Assembly (NCBI RefSeq): GCF_007713685.1
Contig: NZ_VMRJ01000007.1
Span: forward strand, 198,969-230,968
Length of the DNA: 32,000 nucleotides
Direction: 5' to 3'
Source of the DNA: Hymenobacter setariae
Lineage (GTDB): Bacteria; Bacteroidota; Bacteroidia; Cytophagales; Hymenobacteraceae
Positions 7,555 to 16,003 of the stretch are shown here, piece by piece. The notes under the pieces are model-generated. The model was not told where the DNA came from. It ran no database searches and saw only the letters and a program-made list of their open reading frames with translations. Numbering within the stretch: position 1 is the stretch's first letter; each line of letters begins with the position of its first letter. A program made the translations under genes and the position numbers.

Positions 7555-9846
7555 TCAGTGCTTAAGCGTCAGGGCATAACTAAATGCTCCTTGCTCGTTA
7601 ACGTCCCAGATGCGGAAGCCTGCCGCTTGCAGGGCAGCACCTTGGCGGGCAATATATCCGCGCTGGCAGGAGGAATCAAACACTACCCGTGCTCGTGGGC
7701 CAAAATGCGCGGCCAGACCGTCGGGGTAGATACGAGCATTACGGCGCAGCACCACAATATCAGCTGGCACCAGCGGCGCGGCGCCAGCAGCCAAGCGCCG
7801 AAGCCGGCCACTCACGAAGGCGATGCGCAGGCCGCGCCAGCTGGCCAGCACTACCGGTGCCGGTGGGTAGCGCCTAGTTGAATCGACACGATACGGGGCG
7901 CCCACTAGCCGTGTAGGCACGGCTGCACCTTGCCAGCCCACACAATAGCGCGGCTGGCGCACGCGGCGCAGTATCAAGCTGGGCTTGAGGCGGTAGGTGC
8001 GCTCAGTTTCGGAGAGCGGCAGCGAGTCGGCCATTACAAACTCGGGCGCGGCGCCTTGCCAAAAACCCACTACCGAACGCCGCGGAATGCTGTATACTAC
8101 AAACTCGCGCACGGGCGCCACCTCGGCCGCCTCGGCTACCCGGCTGCCGGCATACAGTGCCAGCAGGGCCACCCCGCCGCCTACCCAAGCCAGCCGCCGC
8201 GTGGCAAAGAATGCGCACACAGCCCCAATGAGTAAGAAGATGAGTAGCGTCTGGGTTTGGTTGAGGTGCACGCCGCCCACCACCGCCCCAGGCAGCAGTT
8301 GGCCAACAAGAAAAATGTACTTATTGAATGCCCAAATAAGACTTTGAAACGCCCAACCCACGGCCCTAGGTGCCCAGTCGAGCGCTGGCAGCCATAAAGC
8401 GGGCACAGCCACGAGTCCTTTCACCAGTAGTAACACCACGCCCACGTACACTGCGATGCTGGAAATAGGCACCGCGATGAGATTGGAAAGTAGAAAATTG
8501 AACGGGAACTGATGGAAATAATATAGCCCCAGCGGGAAGGTGGCGATTTGCGCCGCGATAGATAGCGCCGTGAGTTGCCAAGCCGCATCGGCGAGCCACG
8601 CGCCCGCACGCCCTAGGCGCTGCCGGGCCGGGCGGTGCCAGCTGCGCTGGTAGTCGAGCACCCAATTGCGCACGTCGAGCCAGCGTACAATGCGCGGCTG
8701 CAGGTATACGATGCTGACCACCGCCAGAAAGGAGAGCTGAAACCCAACGTCGCAGAGCAGGTAGGGATTGTAGAGAAGCAGGCAGCAGGCCGCGGCGCTG
8801 AGGGTGTTGAACAAGCTGCTTTGGCGCTCCCAGGCCTGACCTACTATCACAAGGGTAAACATCACGGTGGCGCGCAGCACTGATGCTGAAAGGCCCGTCA
8901 GGAAGGCGTAGCTCCAGATGAGGGCTAGCCCCAGGCTAGCCGTGAGCAGGCGCCGCCGCAACGCCGAGCTGCCCAGCGGCAGCCGCGCCAGCAGCCACTG
9001 CAACGCCGCAAACAGCAGCCCCACCTGCAAGCCCGATACCGCCATAATGTGCGTGGTGCCAGTATTGGCGTAGGCCTGCTTGGTAGCGGTGTCGATGTCG
9101 TCGCGGAAGCCCAGCACCAGGGCCGTACCTAGGGCATATTCGGGCGGACTTTTGACATAGCGCCGAAATACCCCATCAAGCACGGCCGCCGCATGCTGGC
9201 TGAGTGCCACCACGGCGCTCAGTGGCGCCTGGCCCAGCACCCGGTACTGGCCCTGGTGCACGAACTGCGAATGATAAACCTGATGATACTGCAGGTAGCG
9301 GCGGTAGTCAAACTCGCCTAGGTTGGCTGGGCCTTTGCTCGGCTCGGGCGAGCCCTGCACCAGCCACACCTCGCCGTAGCGCGGGGCGGACACGGTGGCG
9401 GTGGTTTCGTGACGCGGCAAACTTACACGGATGCCGCCCGTGGCGGCTTGCCAGCGTCCCGCCACCCGCACGGCCTGCACCCGCAGCGTGGTGGCAAAGG
9501 TGTTAGTCCGCACCACGGGCGCCTCATCTATAGTAGCGCGGTAATACTCGATATGCGGTACAAAGTGCCCTAGGTGGTCGGCGCGGCGGCTTTCGGTGGC
9601 GCCCTGCACGCGGGCAAAACCCAGCGCGGCCACCGCCAGCAGGCCAAGCAGGCCCGCCGCATCGGTGGCCCCGGGCGTGGGCTGCCGTTGGCTCCAGTAC
9701 CACAGCAGCAGGTAGGCGCCCACCAGCCCCACTGCCCACGGAGCTGCGCTGCCGACCCAGCCCTGCCCTAGGTAGAGGTAGGCCGCAATGCCTAGGATAA
9801 AGGCCAGCGCTACGCGCAAGAAGGGAGCCGAAGACCAGTTAATCAT
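7555..9846 (-). CDS. comEC: ComEC/Rec2 family DNA internalization channel protein
   Basis: 763 aa and polytopic. It has an N-terminal OB-like (DUF4131-like) region and the competence-domain signature TGTTHIMAVSGLQVGLL. The C-terminal ~200 aa resemble a metallo-beta-lactamase fold, but I see no HxHxDH motif. Confidence 0.85.
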   Translation of the reverse strand: MINWSSAPFLRVALAFILGIAAYLYLGQGWVGSAAPWAVGLVGAYLLLWYWSQRQPTPGATDAAGLLGLLAVAALGFARVQGATESRRADHLGHFVPHIEYYRATIDEAPVVRTNTFATTLRVQAVRVAGRWQAATGGIRVSLPRHETTATVSAPRYGEVWLVQGSPEPSKGPANLGEFDYRRYLQYHQVYHSQFVHQGQYRVLGQAPLSAVVALSQHAAAVLDGVFRRYVKSPPEYALGTALVLGFRDDIDTATKQAYANTGTTHIMAVSGLQVGLLFAALQWLLARLPLGSSALRRRLLTASLGLALIWSYAFLTGLSASVLRATVMFTLVIVGQAWERQSSLFNTLSAAACCLLLYNPYLLCDVGFQLSFLAVVSIVYLQPRIVRWLDVRNWVLDYQRSWHRPARQRLGRAGAWLADAAWQLTALSIAAQIATFPLGLYYFHQFPFNFLLSNLIAVPISSIAVYVGVVLLLVKGLVAVPALWLPALDWAPRAVGWAFQSLIWAFNKYIFLVGQLLPGAVVGGVHLNQTQTLLIFLLIGAVCAFFATRRLAWVGGGVALLALYAGSRVAEAAEVAPVREFVVYSIPRRSVVGFWQGAAPEFVMADSLPLSETERTYRLKPSLILRRVRQPRYCVGWQGAAVPTRLVGAPYRVDSTRRYPPAPVVLASWRGLRIAFVSGRLRRLAAGAAPLVPADIVVLRRNARIYPDGLAAHFGPRARVVFDSSCQRGYIARQGAALQAAGFRIWDVNEQGAFSYALTLKH

Positions 9847-9888
9847 AAAGCGAGCCGCATGAACAGCTCCGCAATATAACTGACCAGC

Positions 9889-10323
9889 TTAGCCTAACAC
9901 CATCTTATAGTGCTGAATGTCGCACTCCTCGAACATCTCCCCTACTTTCTGAAAGCCGGTGCGCTCGTAAAGCGGAATGGCGCGCAGCTGCGCGTGCAGG
10001 TATACCTGGGCCGCGTCGGGTGCCTCGGCGCGCACATCGGCCAGCACGGCTTGCACCAGCGCGGTGCCTACACCTTGATTGCGAAACTCGTCGAGCACGG
10101 CGAAGCGCTCCAGTTTCACGCCCTTGTCAGTGGGGCGCCAACGTGCGGCGCCGGCGGGCTGGCCGTCTACTCGAACTAGATAGTGGCGGGTGGTGGCTTG
10201 GCGGTCGTGCTGGTCGTATTCGTCGTCGGCGGGCACGCCTTGTCCTTGCACAAACACTTTTTCGCGGATGGTGAAGGCAGCGTCGAGGTCGCGCAGGTCA
10301 GATACTTTGCTGGCAGTAGTCAT
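9889..10323 (-). CDS. GNAT family N-acetyltransferase
   Basis: 144 aa with the acetyl-CoA binding motif A (FRNQGVGTALV) and typical GNAT length. Confidence 0.85.
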   Translation of the reverse strand: MTTASKVSDLRDLDAAFTIREKVFVQGQGVPADDEYDQHDRQATTRHYLVRVDGQPAGAARWRPTDKGVKLERFAVLDEFRNQGVGTALVQAVLADVRAEAPDAAQVYLHAQLRAIPLYERTGFQKVGEMFEECDIQHYKMVLG

Positions 10324-10414
10324 GGGGAGAACAGTAGGAAGTTACCTAGGGCGCAAATATCCGGGCTGGGCCGCGCACCTAAGTAATAGGCAGCATTGAC
10401 AGCCTCTCCCTATT

Positions 10415-11332
10415 TTGCCTGCTATGAACGACGTTTCGCCCATTCCGCTGCACCAGCCGCAGTCGTTTATTCCGACCTTTTTTGAGCCTGACCCAGCTTT
10501 ACAAACGTTGCTCAATGGTCAGCCCGAGCAGTTTTTCATCTTGCGCGTCGAGGACATGTACCGTCACCTGCACGGGCCGGTGCCGCCCGTGCGCTCGCTA
10601 GCGCACAGCGCGCTGTTTATCACTTCGGGCGAGGCGCGCATGACCATTGGCTATGACCACTACGTAGCGCGAATCAATGACCTGCTGCTAGTGCCCGCTG
10701 GCCAAATCTATTCCTTCCGCCCCGACGACGTGAACACGGGCTACCTGTTGCACGTGCATCCCGACCTGCTACTGGCTGCCGGAGCTGGCGAGTTTGAGTT
10801 TTTGACGGGCTGGGGCCAGCCGCTTATTCACTTCGGCACGGTAGAAGCCGGTTTTGTCCAAGTGCTACTGCAGCGGCTGCTGTCGGCTTATGGGCAAGCT
10901 GGCCTTGGGGCCCTACCCTTGCTGCGGGCGTATTTAGCCGCCTTATTCACGGAAGCAGACTATGCGTATCAGCCGCTGTCGAGAGCTGGCGCTTCGGCGG
11001 CCGCTGTGCTGGCGCACGCCTTCAAGCAGCTGCTGAGCCAGCACATTCGGCATCTGCACCGGGTGGCGGCATATGCTGATTTATTGCATGTAACGCCCAA
11101 CCACCTCAACAAAGCGGTAAAATCCGTCACTGGCAAGTCGCCCACTACCTGGATTGACGAGGCCCTAGTACTCGAAGCTAAGTCGCTGCTGTTTCAGACT
11201 ACGCTGCCCGTGGCCGAAGTAGCGGCCTTGGTGGGTATAGCCGACGCCTCGTATTTCAGCCGCTTGTTCAAGAAGGTAGAAGGGCACCCGCCCAGCGTGC
11301 TGCGGCGGCCGGCGACTCGGGCCAGCTTTTGA
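10415..11332 (+). CDS. AraC family transcriptional regulator
   Basis: It has an N-terminal cupin-like domain. The C-terminal double HTH is LLHVTPNHLNKAVKSVTGKSPTTWI...VAEVAALVGIADASYFSRLFKK. An alternative start lies at 10424. Confidence 0.85.
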   Translation: MPAMNDVSPIPLHQPQSFIPTFFEPDPALQTLLNGQPEQFFILRVEDMYRHLHGPVPPVRSLAHSALFITSGEARMTIGYDHYVARINDLLLVPAGQIYSFRPDDVNTGYLLHVHPDLLLAAGAGEFEFLTGWGQPLIHFGTVEAGFVQVLLQRLLSAYGQAGLGALPLLRAYLAALFTEADYAYQPLSRAGASAAAVLAHAFKQLLSQHIRHLHRVAAYADLLHVTPNHLNKAVKSVTGKSPTTWIDEALVLEAKSLLFQTTLPVAEVAALVGIADASYFSRLFKKVEGHPPSVLRRPATRASF

Positions 11333-11437
11333 GCCTGATTGATTGAAACGTCCTAGCATCGGCTTGCTTTATCCTAACTAACAGCCTAGGGCCGGCTAGA
11401 CCTTTGTCGCAGCTTTTCACCTTGAGCTTGCTGCCTC

Positions 11438-11878
11438 ATGATTTTATCCCTCGCTCCGGCATTTGCCTGGCAAGATGCGCTGACTGCCACCTTAGTTTTT
11501 CTGATTTTCTGCCTGTTGGCTTCGCTACTAGCGGAGCCGCGCCGCCAGCAGGCAATGGCCATTTTGGTGGCAGGCGCCAGCGGCGTTTACTTCAACGGTG
11601 GCCTAGGTGCCTGGGAATACGTGTTTGCGGGAGTAGTGCTGCTGGTGGCGTATGGCGGACTGCGCTCTTACGCGCTGCTGGGCGTGGGCTGGCTGCTACA
11701 CACTGGCTGGGATGTACTGCATCACTTCTATGGCACGCCCATTATCGCGCTCGTGCCGCTGTCGTCGGCGCAGTGCGCGCTGTGCGACGCGTTGATTGCA
11801 GGTTGGTTTTTTGGCGGCGCCCCTTCTGTATATATGATAGCTGCTCGACTAGTAAAACGACCGGCCCCTCAGCGCTAA
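11438..11878 (+). CDS. hypothetical integral membrane protein (about 4 TM)
   Basis: 146 aa, hydrophobic, with plausible TM segments. It is preferred over the overlapping Arg/Ala-rich reading of the 11404 ORF. No family is assigned. Confidence 0.6.
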   Translation: MILSLAPAFAWQDALTATLVFLIFCLLASLLAEPRRQQAMAILVAGASGVYFNGGLGAWEYVFAGVVLLVAYGGLRSYALLGVGWLLHTGWDVLHHFYGTPIIALVPLSSAQCALCDALIAGWFFGGAPSVYMIAARLVKRPAPQR

Positions 11879-11889
11879 GCCTCAGCACC

Positions 11890-12339
11890 ATGTACTCTTT
11901 CGTTCTTGCACTGCACTCCTGGAACCGCTGGGCCGTGCTGCTGGCGCTACTCATGGCCCTAGGGCTTGCCTACCGCGGCTGGCTGGGGGCTCTCCCCTAC
12001 CAGCGGGCCGACCGCCTGGCGGGCAATGTGCTCACCGGGCTGCTGCATCTGCAACTGCTGCTGGGTTTCACGCTGTATTTCGGCCTCAGCCCCTGGACTA
12101 AAATGGCCGCTGCCAACCGCGCGGCTGCCTGGCACGACCCCACACTGCGCTTTTGGTCTATCACGCATATCAGCCTGATGCTCACGGCTATCGTGGTGGC
12201 CCAAATTGGCCAGAGCATTGCCAAGCGCACGGCTGCCGATGCCGCGCGGCACCGCTGGGCCGCCCTGAGCTATTCGGTGGCGACGGCGCTGCTCCTGCTA
12301 GGTATTCCGTTTGCCTCGCGGCCGTGGTTTCGGGTTTAA
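11890..12339 (+). CDS. hypothetical integral membrane protein (about 4 TM)
   Basis: This is the in-frame internal Met of the 11404..12339 ORF (MYSFVLALHSWNRWAVLLALL...). Only this distal portion looks like a membrane protein, and it starts 12 nt after the upstream stop. Confidence 0.6.
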   Translation: MYSFVLALHSWNRWAVLLALLMALGLAYRGWLGALPYQRADRLAGNVLTGLLHLQLLLGFTLYFGLSPWTKMAAANRAAAWHDPTLRFWSITHISLMLTAIVVAQIGQSIAKRTAADAARHRWAALSYSVATALLLLGIPFASRPWFRV

Positions 12340-12373
12340 TTTTACGCTTAGTTTGTAAACCAATTATTTAGCA

Positions 12374-12667
12374 ATGAATTTATTACTATCTGCCCTAGGT
12401 CGCCTGCGACTCATCAGTATTCTGGAAGGACTCTCGCTACTAGTACTGCTGGGCGTGGCCATGCCTCTAAAGTACTTGGCCGGGCAGCCGCTGGCAGTGC
12501 GCTGGGTGGGCTTGGCGCACGGCGTTTTGTTTGTGTCCTACGTGCTGCTGCTGGTGCAAAACGCCATTGAGCTGCGTTGGTCTGTGCGCAAGGTCGGCTT
12601 AGCACTGCTGCTGTCGGTGCTGCCGTTCGGAGCGTTTTATGCCGAGCGGCATTTGTTTCAGGACTAA
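12374..12667 (+). CDS. DUF3817-like small integral membrane protein
   Basis: 97 aa. The segment LRLISILEGLSLLVLLGVAMPLKY....P..V...G..HG.LF..Y resembles the DUF3817 family pattern. The family name is from memory. Confidence 0.7.
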   Translation: MNLLLSALGRLRLISILEGLSLLVLLGVAMPLKYLAGQPLAVRWVGLAHGVLFVSYVLLLVQNAIELRWSVRKVGLALLLSVLPFGAFYAERHLFQD

Positions 12668-12704
12668 CCGCTTGGCGCTAGCTGAGTAGCTGCAAAAACC
12701 TACA

Positions 12705-12819
12705 AAAAAGTCCCGACCTAGTTGGCTTGTCCTTACCCAGAACTCAAAAAGCGCCAGCCAGTAGGCCAGCGCTTTTTGAGTTTTGGGTAAGGACAAGGCA
12801 CTAAGTAGCAGGGCTTTTT
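12705..12819. repeat. nested palindromic element (copy A); probable bidirectional terminator
   Basis: The 29-nt arms 12726-12754 (cttgtccttacccagaactcaaaaagcgc) and 12769-12797 are reverse complements with one mismatch. The outer flanks aaaaagtccc.../...gggcttttt extend the pairing imperfectly. Confidence 0.55.
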
Positions 12820-12847
12820 ATTGGTCAAGAGTAAAATTCTGATTTGG

Positions 12848-13051
12848 TTAATCTGGCTTTTCCAAAATAAAGGTTGAGCAGTGATAGCCACTTTCAATAC
12901 AAGTAGCGACCTGCTTGATTACCCATCCCTCTTTAATAGCTTTGGCCGTGTCGCCTTCTGGTTTCATCTCCAAAGAGACCGCGTATGCTGCTGCAGAAGA
13001 CAGTTTTGTAGAAGCTAAGCTGATTACTTCCGTAATTACTCGTTGCGCCAT
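12848..13051 (-). CDS. small hypothetical protein (67 aa) in a low-GC islet
   Basis: It is the only ORF in the 630-bp gap. G+C is about 44% by manual count, against ~60% in the neighbouring genes. No family was recognised and coding status is uncertain. Confidence 0.4.
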   Translation of the reverse strand: MAQRVITEVISLASTKLSSAAAYAVSLEMKPEGDTAKAIKEGWVIKQVATCIESGYHCSTFILEKPD

Positions 13052-13086
13052 TGGTAGTCTATGAAAAGGTGAGCTGCCAAGCTACG

Positions 13087-13294
13087 AAAAAGCTCCAACC
13101 TCGCCGGCCTTGTCGTTACCCAAAACTCAAACGCCCTTCCGGCCATATGGCTGGAAGGGCGTTTTTGCGTGATTGCTTATCCGGTTTACCGCTTGTCAAG
13201 CGGGGTCAGCTAGCAAAAAAGGGGCATTGCGTTACCCTAGGGAAGTCCGAAAAAGATTTTGGGTAAGGACCAAGCCAAGTTGGCCGGGGCTTTT
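13087..13294. repeat. nested palindromic element (copy B), related to copy A
   Basis: The outer arms aaaaagctcc..ggccttgtcgttacccaaaa (13087-13125) and ttttgggtaaggaccaagcc..ggggctttt (13257-13294) pair imperfectly. An inner hairpin aaacgcccttccggcc/ggctggaagggcgttt lies at 13129-13164. It shares the cttgtcNttacccaaaactcaaa / ttttgggtaaggacNaag core with copy A. Confidence 0.45.
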
Positions 13295-13299
13295 CTTAT

Positions 13300-14466
13300 T
13301 TACAGCGCCTGCTCGTGGTTCACGGGCAGCTCGGTTTCGGGGAGGTCGTAGTTGCGGTCGTCGGGGTGGCGGCGGTCGCGGTAGCCGTTATTCGAGCGGT
13401 CGCCCCGCTCGTTGCGGTCGCGGTCGTAGCCTTCACGGCGGCGCTGCTTGTTTTCGGCGTCGCGTCGCTGCTCAGCCACATCAAACTTATCGTAGGCCTG
13501 CACAATTTCTTTTACCAAGCGGTGGCGCACCACGTCGTCGGCATTCATTTCGACAAAGCCGATGCCGGGCACGTCGCGCAGAATGTCCAGCGCCTGCATC
13601 AAACCTGATTTCTGGCGGGTGGGTAGGTCAATCTGGCTGCGGTCACCGTTTACCATCACCTTGGCCGAGGGGCCCATGCGGGTCAGGAACATCTTAATCT
13701 GGCTCGGCGTGGTGTTCTGGGCCTCGTCGAGCAGCACAAAGGCGTTGTTGAGCGTGCGGCCACGCATGTAGGCCAGCGGGGCAATTTCGATAATCTTGTT
13801 TTCCTGGTAAAACTTCAGCTTTTCAGCCGGAATCATGTCTTCCAGGGCGTCGTAGATGGGGCGCAGGTAGGGGTCTACCTTTTCCTTCATATCGCCGGGC
13901 AAGAAGCCTAGACTTTCGCCGGCCTCTACCACGGGGCGCGAGATGATGATTTTCTTAACTTCTTTATTCTTAAGCGCTCGCACGGCCAGCGCTACCGAAA
14001 TGTACGTTTTGCCAGTGCCCGCCGGGCCCAGCGTGAAGGTGAGGTCGTGCTTCATCACGGCGTCTACCAGCTTTTGCTGGTTGGGCGTTTTGGCCTTGAT
14101 GACACCGCCTTTGGCCCCAAACAGAATAACGTCGGGGGAGGCCGCTAGCACGCGGCCTTCGGCTTCTTCCGAAGTAGCCGAAAGGTGCAGGTTCACGTCG
14201 CGGTCGGTCACAACCCCATACTGGTGGTAGTGCTCGATGAGCGAGCTCAGGATGTCGTTGACCCGCGTGATAGCCTCGGCTGGCCCTTGCACTTTGATTT
14301 CATTGCCGCGCGACACGATTTTAGAGCCTGGAAAGGCGGCCGCAATACGACGGATATTCTGATTGTCGGCCCCTAGGAAATCGACCAGGGAGACATTTTC
14401 GAGGGTGATGACTTTTTCGACCAAGCGCGTAAAGCAGGGGGGATAGGGAAAGAGAAAGGCAACCAA
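13300..14466 (-). CDS. phoH: PhoH family ATPase with an Arg/Asp-rich C-terminal tail
   Basis: Walker A is GPAGTGKTY and Walker B is FVLLDEAQN. The PhoH signature GFLPGD is present. The true start may be the TTG near 14425 (..VEKVITLENV). Confidence 0.9.
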   Translation of the reverse strand: MVAFLFPYPPCFTRLVEKVITLENVSLVDFLGADNQNIRRIAAAFPGSKIVSRGNEIKVQGPAEAITRVNDILSSLIEHYHQYGVVTDRDVNLHLSATSEEAEGRVLAASPDVILFGAKGGVIKAKTPNQQKLVDAVMKHDLTFTLGPAGTGKTYISVALAVRALKNKEVKKIIISRPVVEAGESLGFLPGDMKEKVDPYLRPIYDALEDMIPAEKLKFYQENKIIEIAPLAYMRGRTLNNAFVLLDEAQNTTPSQIKMFLTRMGPSAKVMVNGDRSQIDLPTRQKSGLMQALDILRDVPGIGFVEMNADDVVRHRLVKEIVQAYDKFDVAEQRRDAENKQRRREGYDRDRNERGDRSNNGYRDRRHPDDRNYDLPETELPVNHEQAL

Positions 14467-14630
14467 CGTTGGGGCCTAAGTAGCAGGCAGTGCCCGGTTG
14501 GCACCATGTTTACTACCGGCCCGGCCGGGTGGGTGGGGCGGATTACCCCTATAACGGAACTACTTTTGCAGCCGTTCCAGCCTGGCGGCTGGTGACCAAA
14601 CAATACTACGAAAAAACCGGCAACTGCGGC

Positions 14631-15479
14631 ATGGGCGTACTAACGCTACTAACGGATTTTGGCTACCGCGACCACTATGTGGCCGCGCTCAAGGCCCGTT
14701 TGCTGCACTTGGCCCCTGCCCTGGCGGTGATGGATATCACCCACGGCGTGGAGCCCTACAATATTGCGCACGCGGTGCACGTGCTGCGGGCCGTATTTCG
14801 GGATTTTCCAGTGGGCACCACCCACCTCATTGCCGTGAGCGACTACGGCGCCAGCCCCACTGGGGCGGTGGCCGCGCCTGCCTGGCACGCCGCCCAGCAC
14901 CAAGGCCACTACTTTGTGGCCGCCGACAATGGCGTGCTGGCCCTGCTCTGCGATGGGGTGCCCGAACGGCTCGTGCGCCTGCGCGGGGCTACCCCCGGCC
15001 CCGCGGCAACCAGTGCCTTATTGCCGCCCCCGGCCTTCAACCCCACGCGCGATGTACTAGCGCCAGCCGCCGTGCATTTGGCCCTCGGAAAATCCCTTGA
15101 CAAGCTGGGGGCGCCTACTACCGAGCTGTATTCGCTCACCAACCGGCAGGTACGCTTGCAAGACAACCGTATCACGGGCCACGTGGTGCACGTGGACCAC
15201 TACGGCAACCTGATTACCAACATTTCGCGCGAGGCGGTGGAAGTGACGAGCCGCGACCGGCCGCCCATCATCAAGTTTGGCCGCGAAACCGTGCGCGAGT
15301 TGCGGCCGCACTTTGCCGCGGCCCCACCCGGCGAGATTGTGTGCGCTTTCAACCCACAGGGCTGCTTGTGCATTGCCATCAACCAGGGGCACGCCAGCGA
15401 GCTATTAGGCTTGTATTTTGACTCGCAGGTGGATGTGTGGTTTGAAGCTGAAAGCAAAGTAGAAGCCGTAGTGAGCTAG
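14631..15479 (+). CDS. SAM hydrolase / SAM hydroxide adenosyltransferase (DUF62, fluorinase-chlorinase-like family)
   Basis: The family-typical N-terminus LTLLTDFGYRDHYVAALKA begins at the Met at 14631. The later VDHYGNLITNI motif is present. The upstream 47 codons of the track ORF (from 14490) look non-coding. Confidence 0.8.
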   Translation: MGVLTLLTDFGYRDHYVAALKARLLHLAPALAVMDITHGVEPYNIAHAVHVLRAVFRDFPVGTTHLIAVSDYGASPTGAVAAPAWHAAQHQGHYFVAADNGVLALLCDGVPERLVRLRGATPGPAATSALLPPPAFNPTRDVLAPAAVHLALGKSLDKLGAPTTELYSLTNRQVRLQDNRITGHVVHVDHYGNLITNISREAVEVTSRDRPPIIKFGRETVRELRPHFAAAPPGEIVCAFNPQGCLCIAINQGHASELLGLYFDSQVDVWFEAESKVEAVVS

Positions 15480-15493
15480 CAATGAGTCTAAAA

Positions 15494-15541
15494 AAGCCGG
15501 TAGGAAAAAGCCTCGTGTATGAGACTTTTTCCTACCGGCTT
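15494..15541. terminator. bidirectional rho-independent terminator
   Basis: A perfect 17-bp stem (aagccggtaggaaaaag at 15494-15510 with ctttttcctaccggctt at 15525-15541) has an A-run upstream and a T-rich stem end. It lies between convergent genes. Confidence 0.7.
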
Positions 15542-15572
15542 CTGCGTTGCGCAACGGCAGTTTTTGCCGGGG

Positions 15573-15773
15573 CTACGGCGTGGCTTTGGTAGTGTCGGTG
15601 TTGGTGCTGTCGGGGCTGGGAGCCGTGACATCTACTGTTTTGCTGTCCGATACAACTTCGGCGGTTTTGCTAGGTTCGGTAGCAGCGGGCTGGCTAGAGC
15701 AAGAGGCTAGTAGGGCACCCAGTACGAGCGCCGGGCCAGCGAGCCACAGGGGGCGGCAGGAAAGCGGATTCAT
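15573..15773 (-). CDS. small putative lipoprotein (Ser/Thr/Pro-rich)
   Basis: The signal peptide with lipobox is LGALLASC. The remainder is low complexity. The start could be 15785 or 15773. Confidence 0.45.
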   Translation of the reverse strand: MNPLSCRPLWLAGPALVLGALLASCSSQPAATEPSKTAEVVSDSKTVDVTAPSPDSTNTDTTKATP

Positions 15774-16003
15774 AGTCGAAAACAAAGAAAATGAAGTGAG
15801 AATGCTAAATCTTACGTACTACTGCCCCAGAGGTTAGGCCCGAGGCTAAGTGACTTGGCAATAGGAACCCCTTGGCTGCCCACCTTTTAGCACCGTGCTG
15901 GGCAACTTACTTTTTGCCTGAGCCACCTAACGGGCCAACTACTAGCGGCCCATTGCTGTACTGCTTAGCAACCTACTCTTTTTGCTACTCCGAGCATTTT
16001 ATT

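Noticed and set aside
11404-11889. N-terminal 162 codons of the 311-aa track ORF 11404..12339
   Set aside because: This part overlaps the 11438..11878 membrane-protein frame and translates to Arg/Ala/Gly-rich junk typical of an off-frame GC-rich read. Only the portion from the Met at 11890 looks like a real (membrane) protein.
14490-14630. Upstream extensions of the SAM hydrolase ORF (14490 start) and the HscB ORF (15872 TTG start)
   Set aside because: The family-typical N-termini begin at the internal Mets (14631 LTLLTDFG; 16004 J-domain). The extensions have non-protein-like composition and would overlap the promoter and terminator regions.
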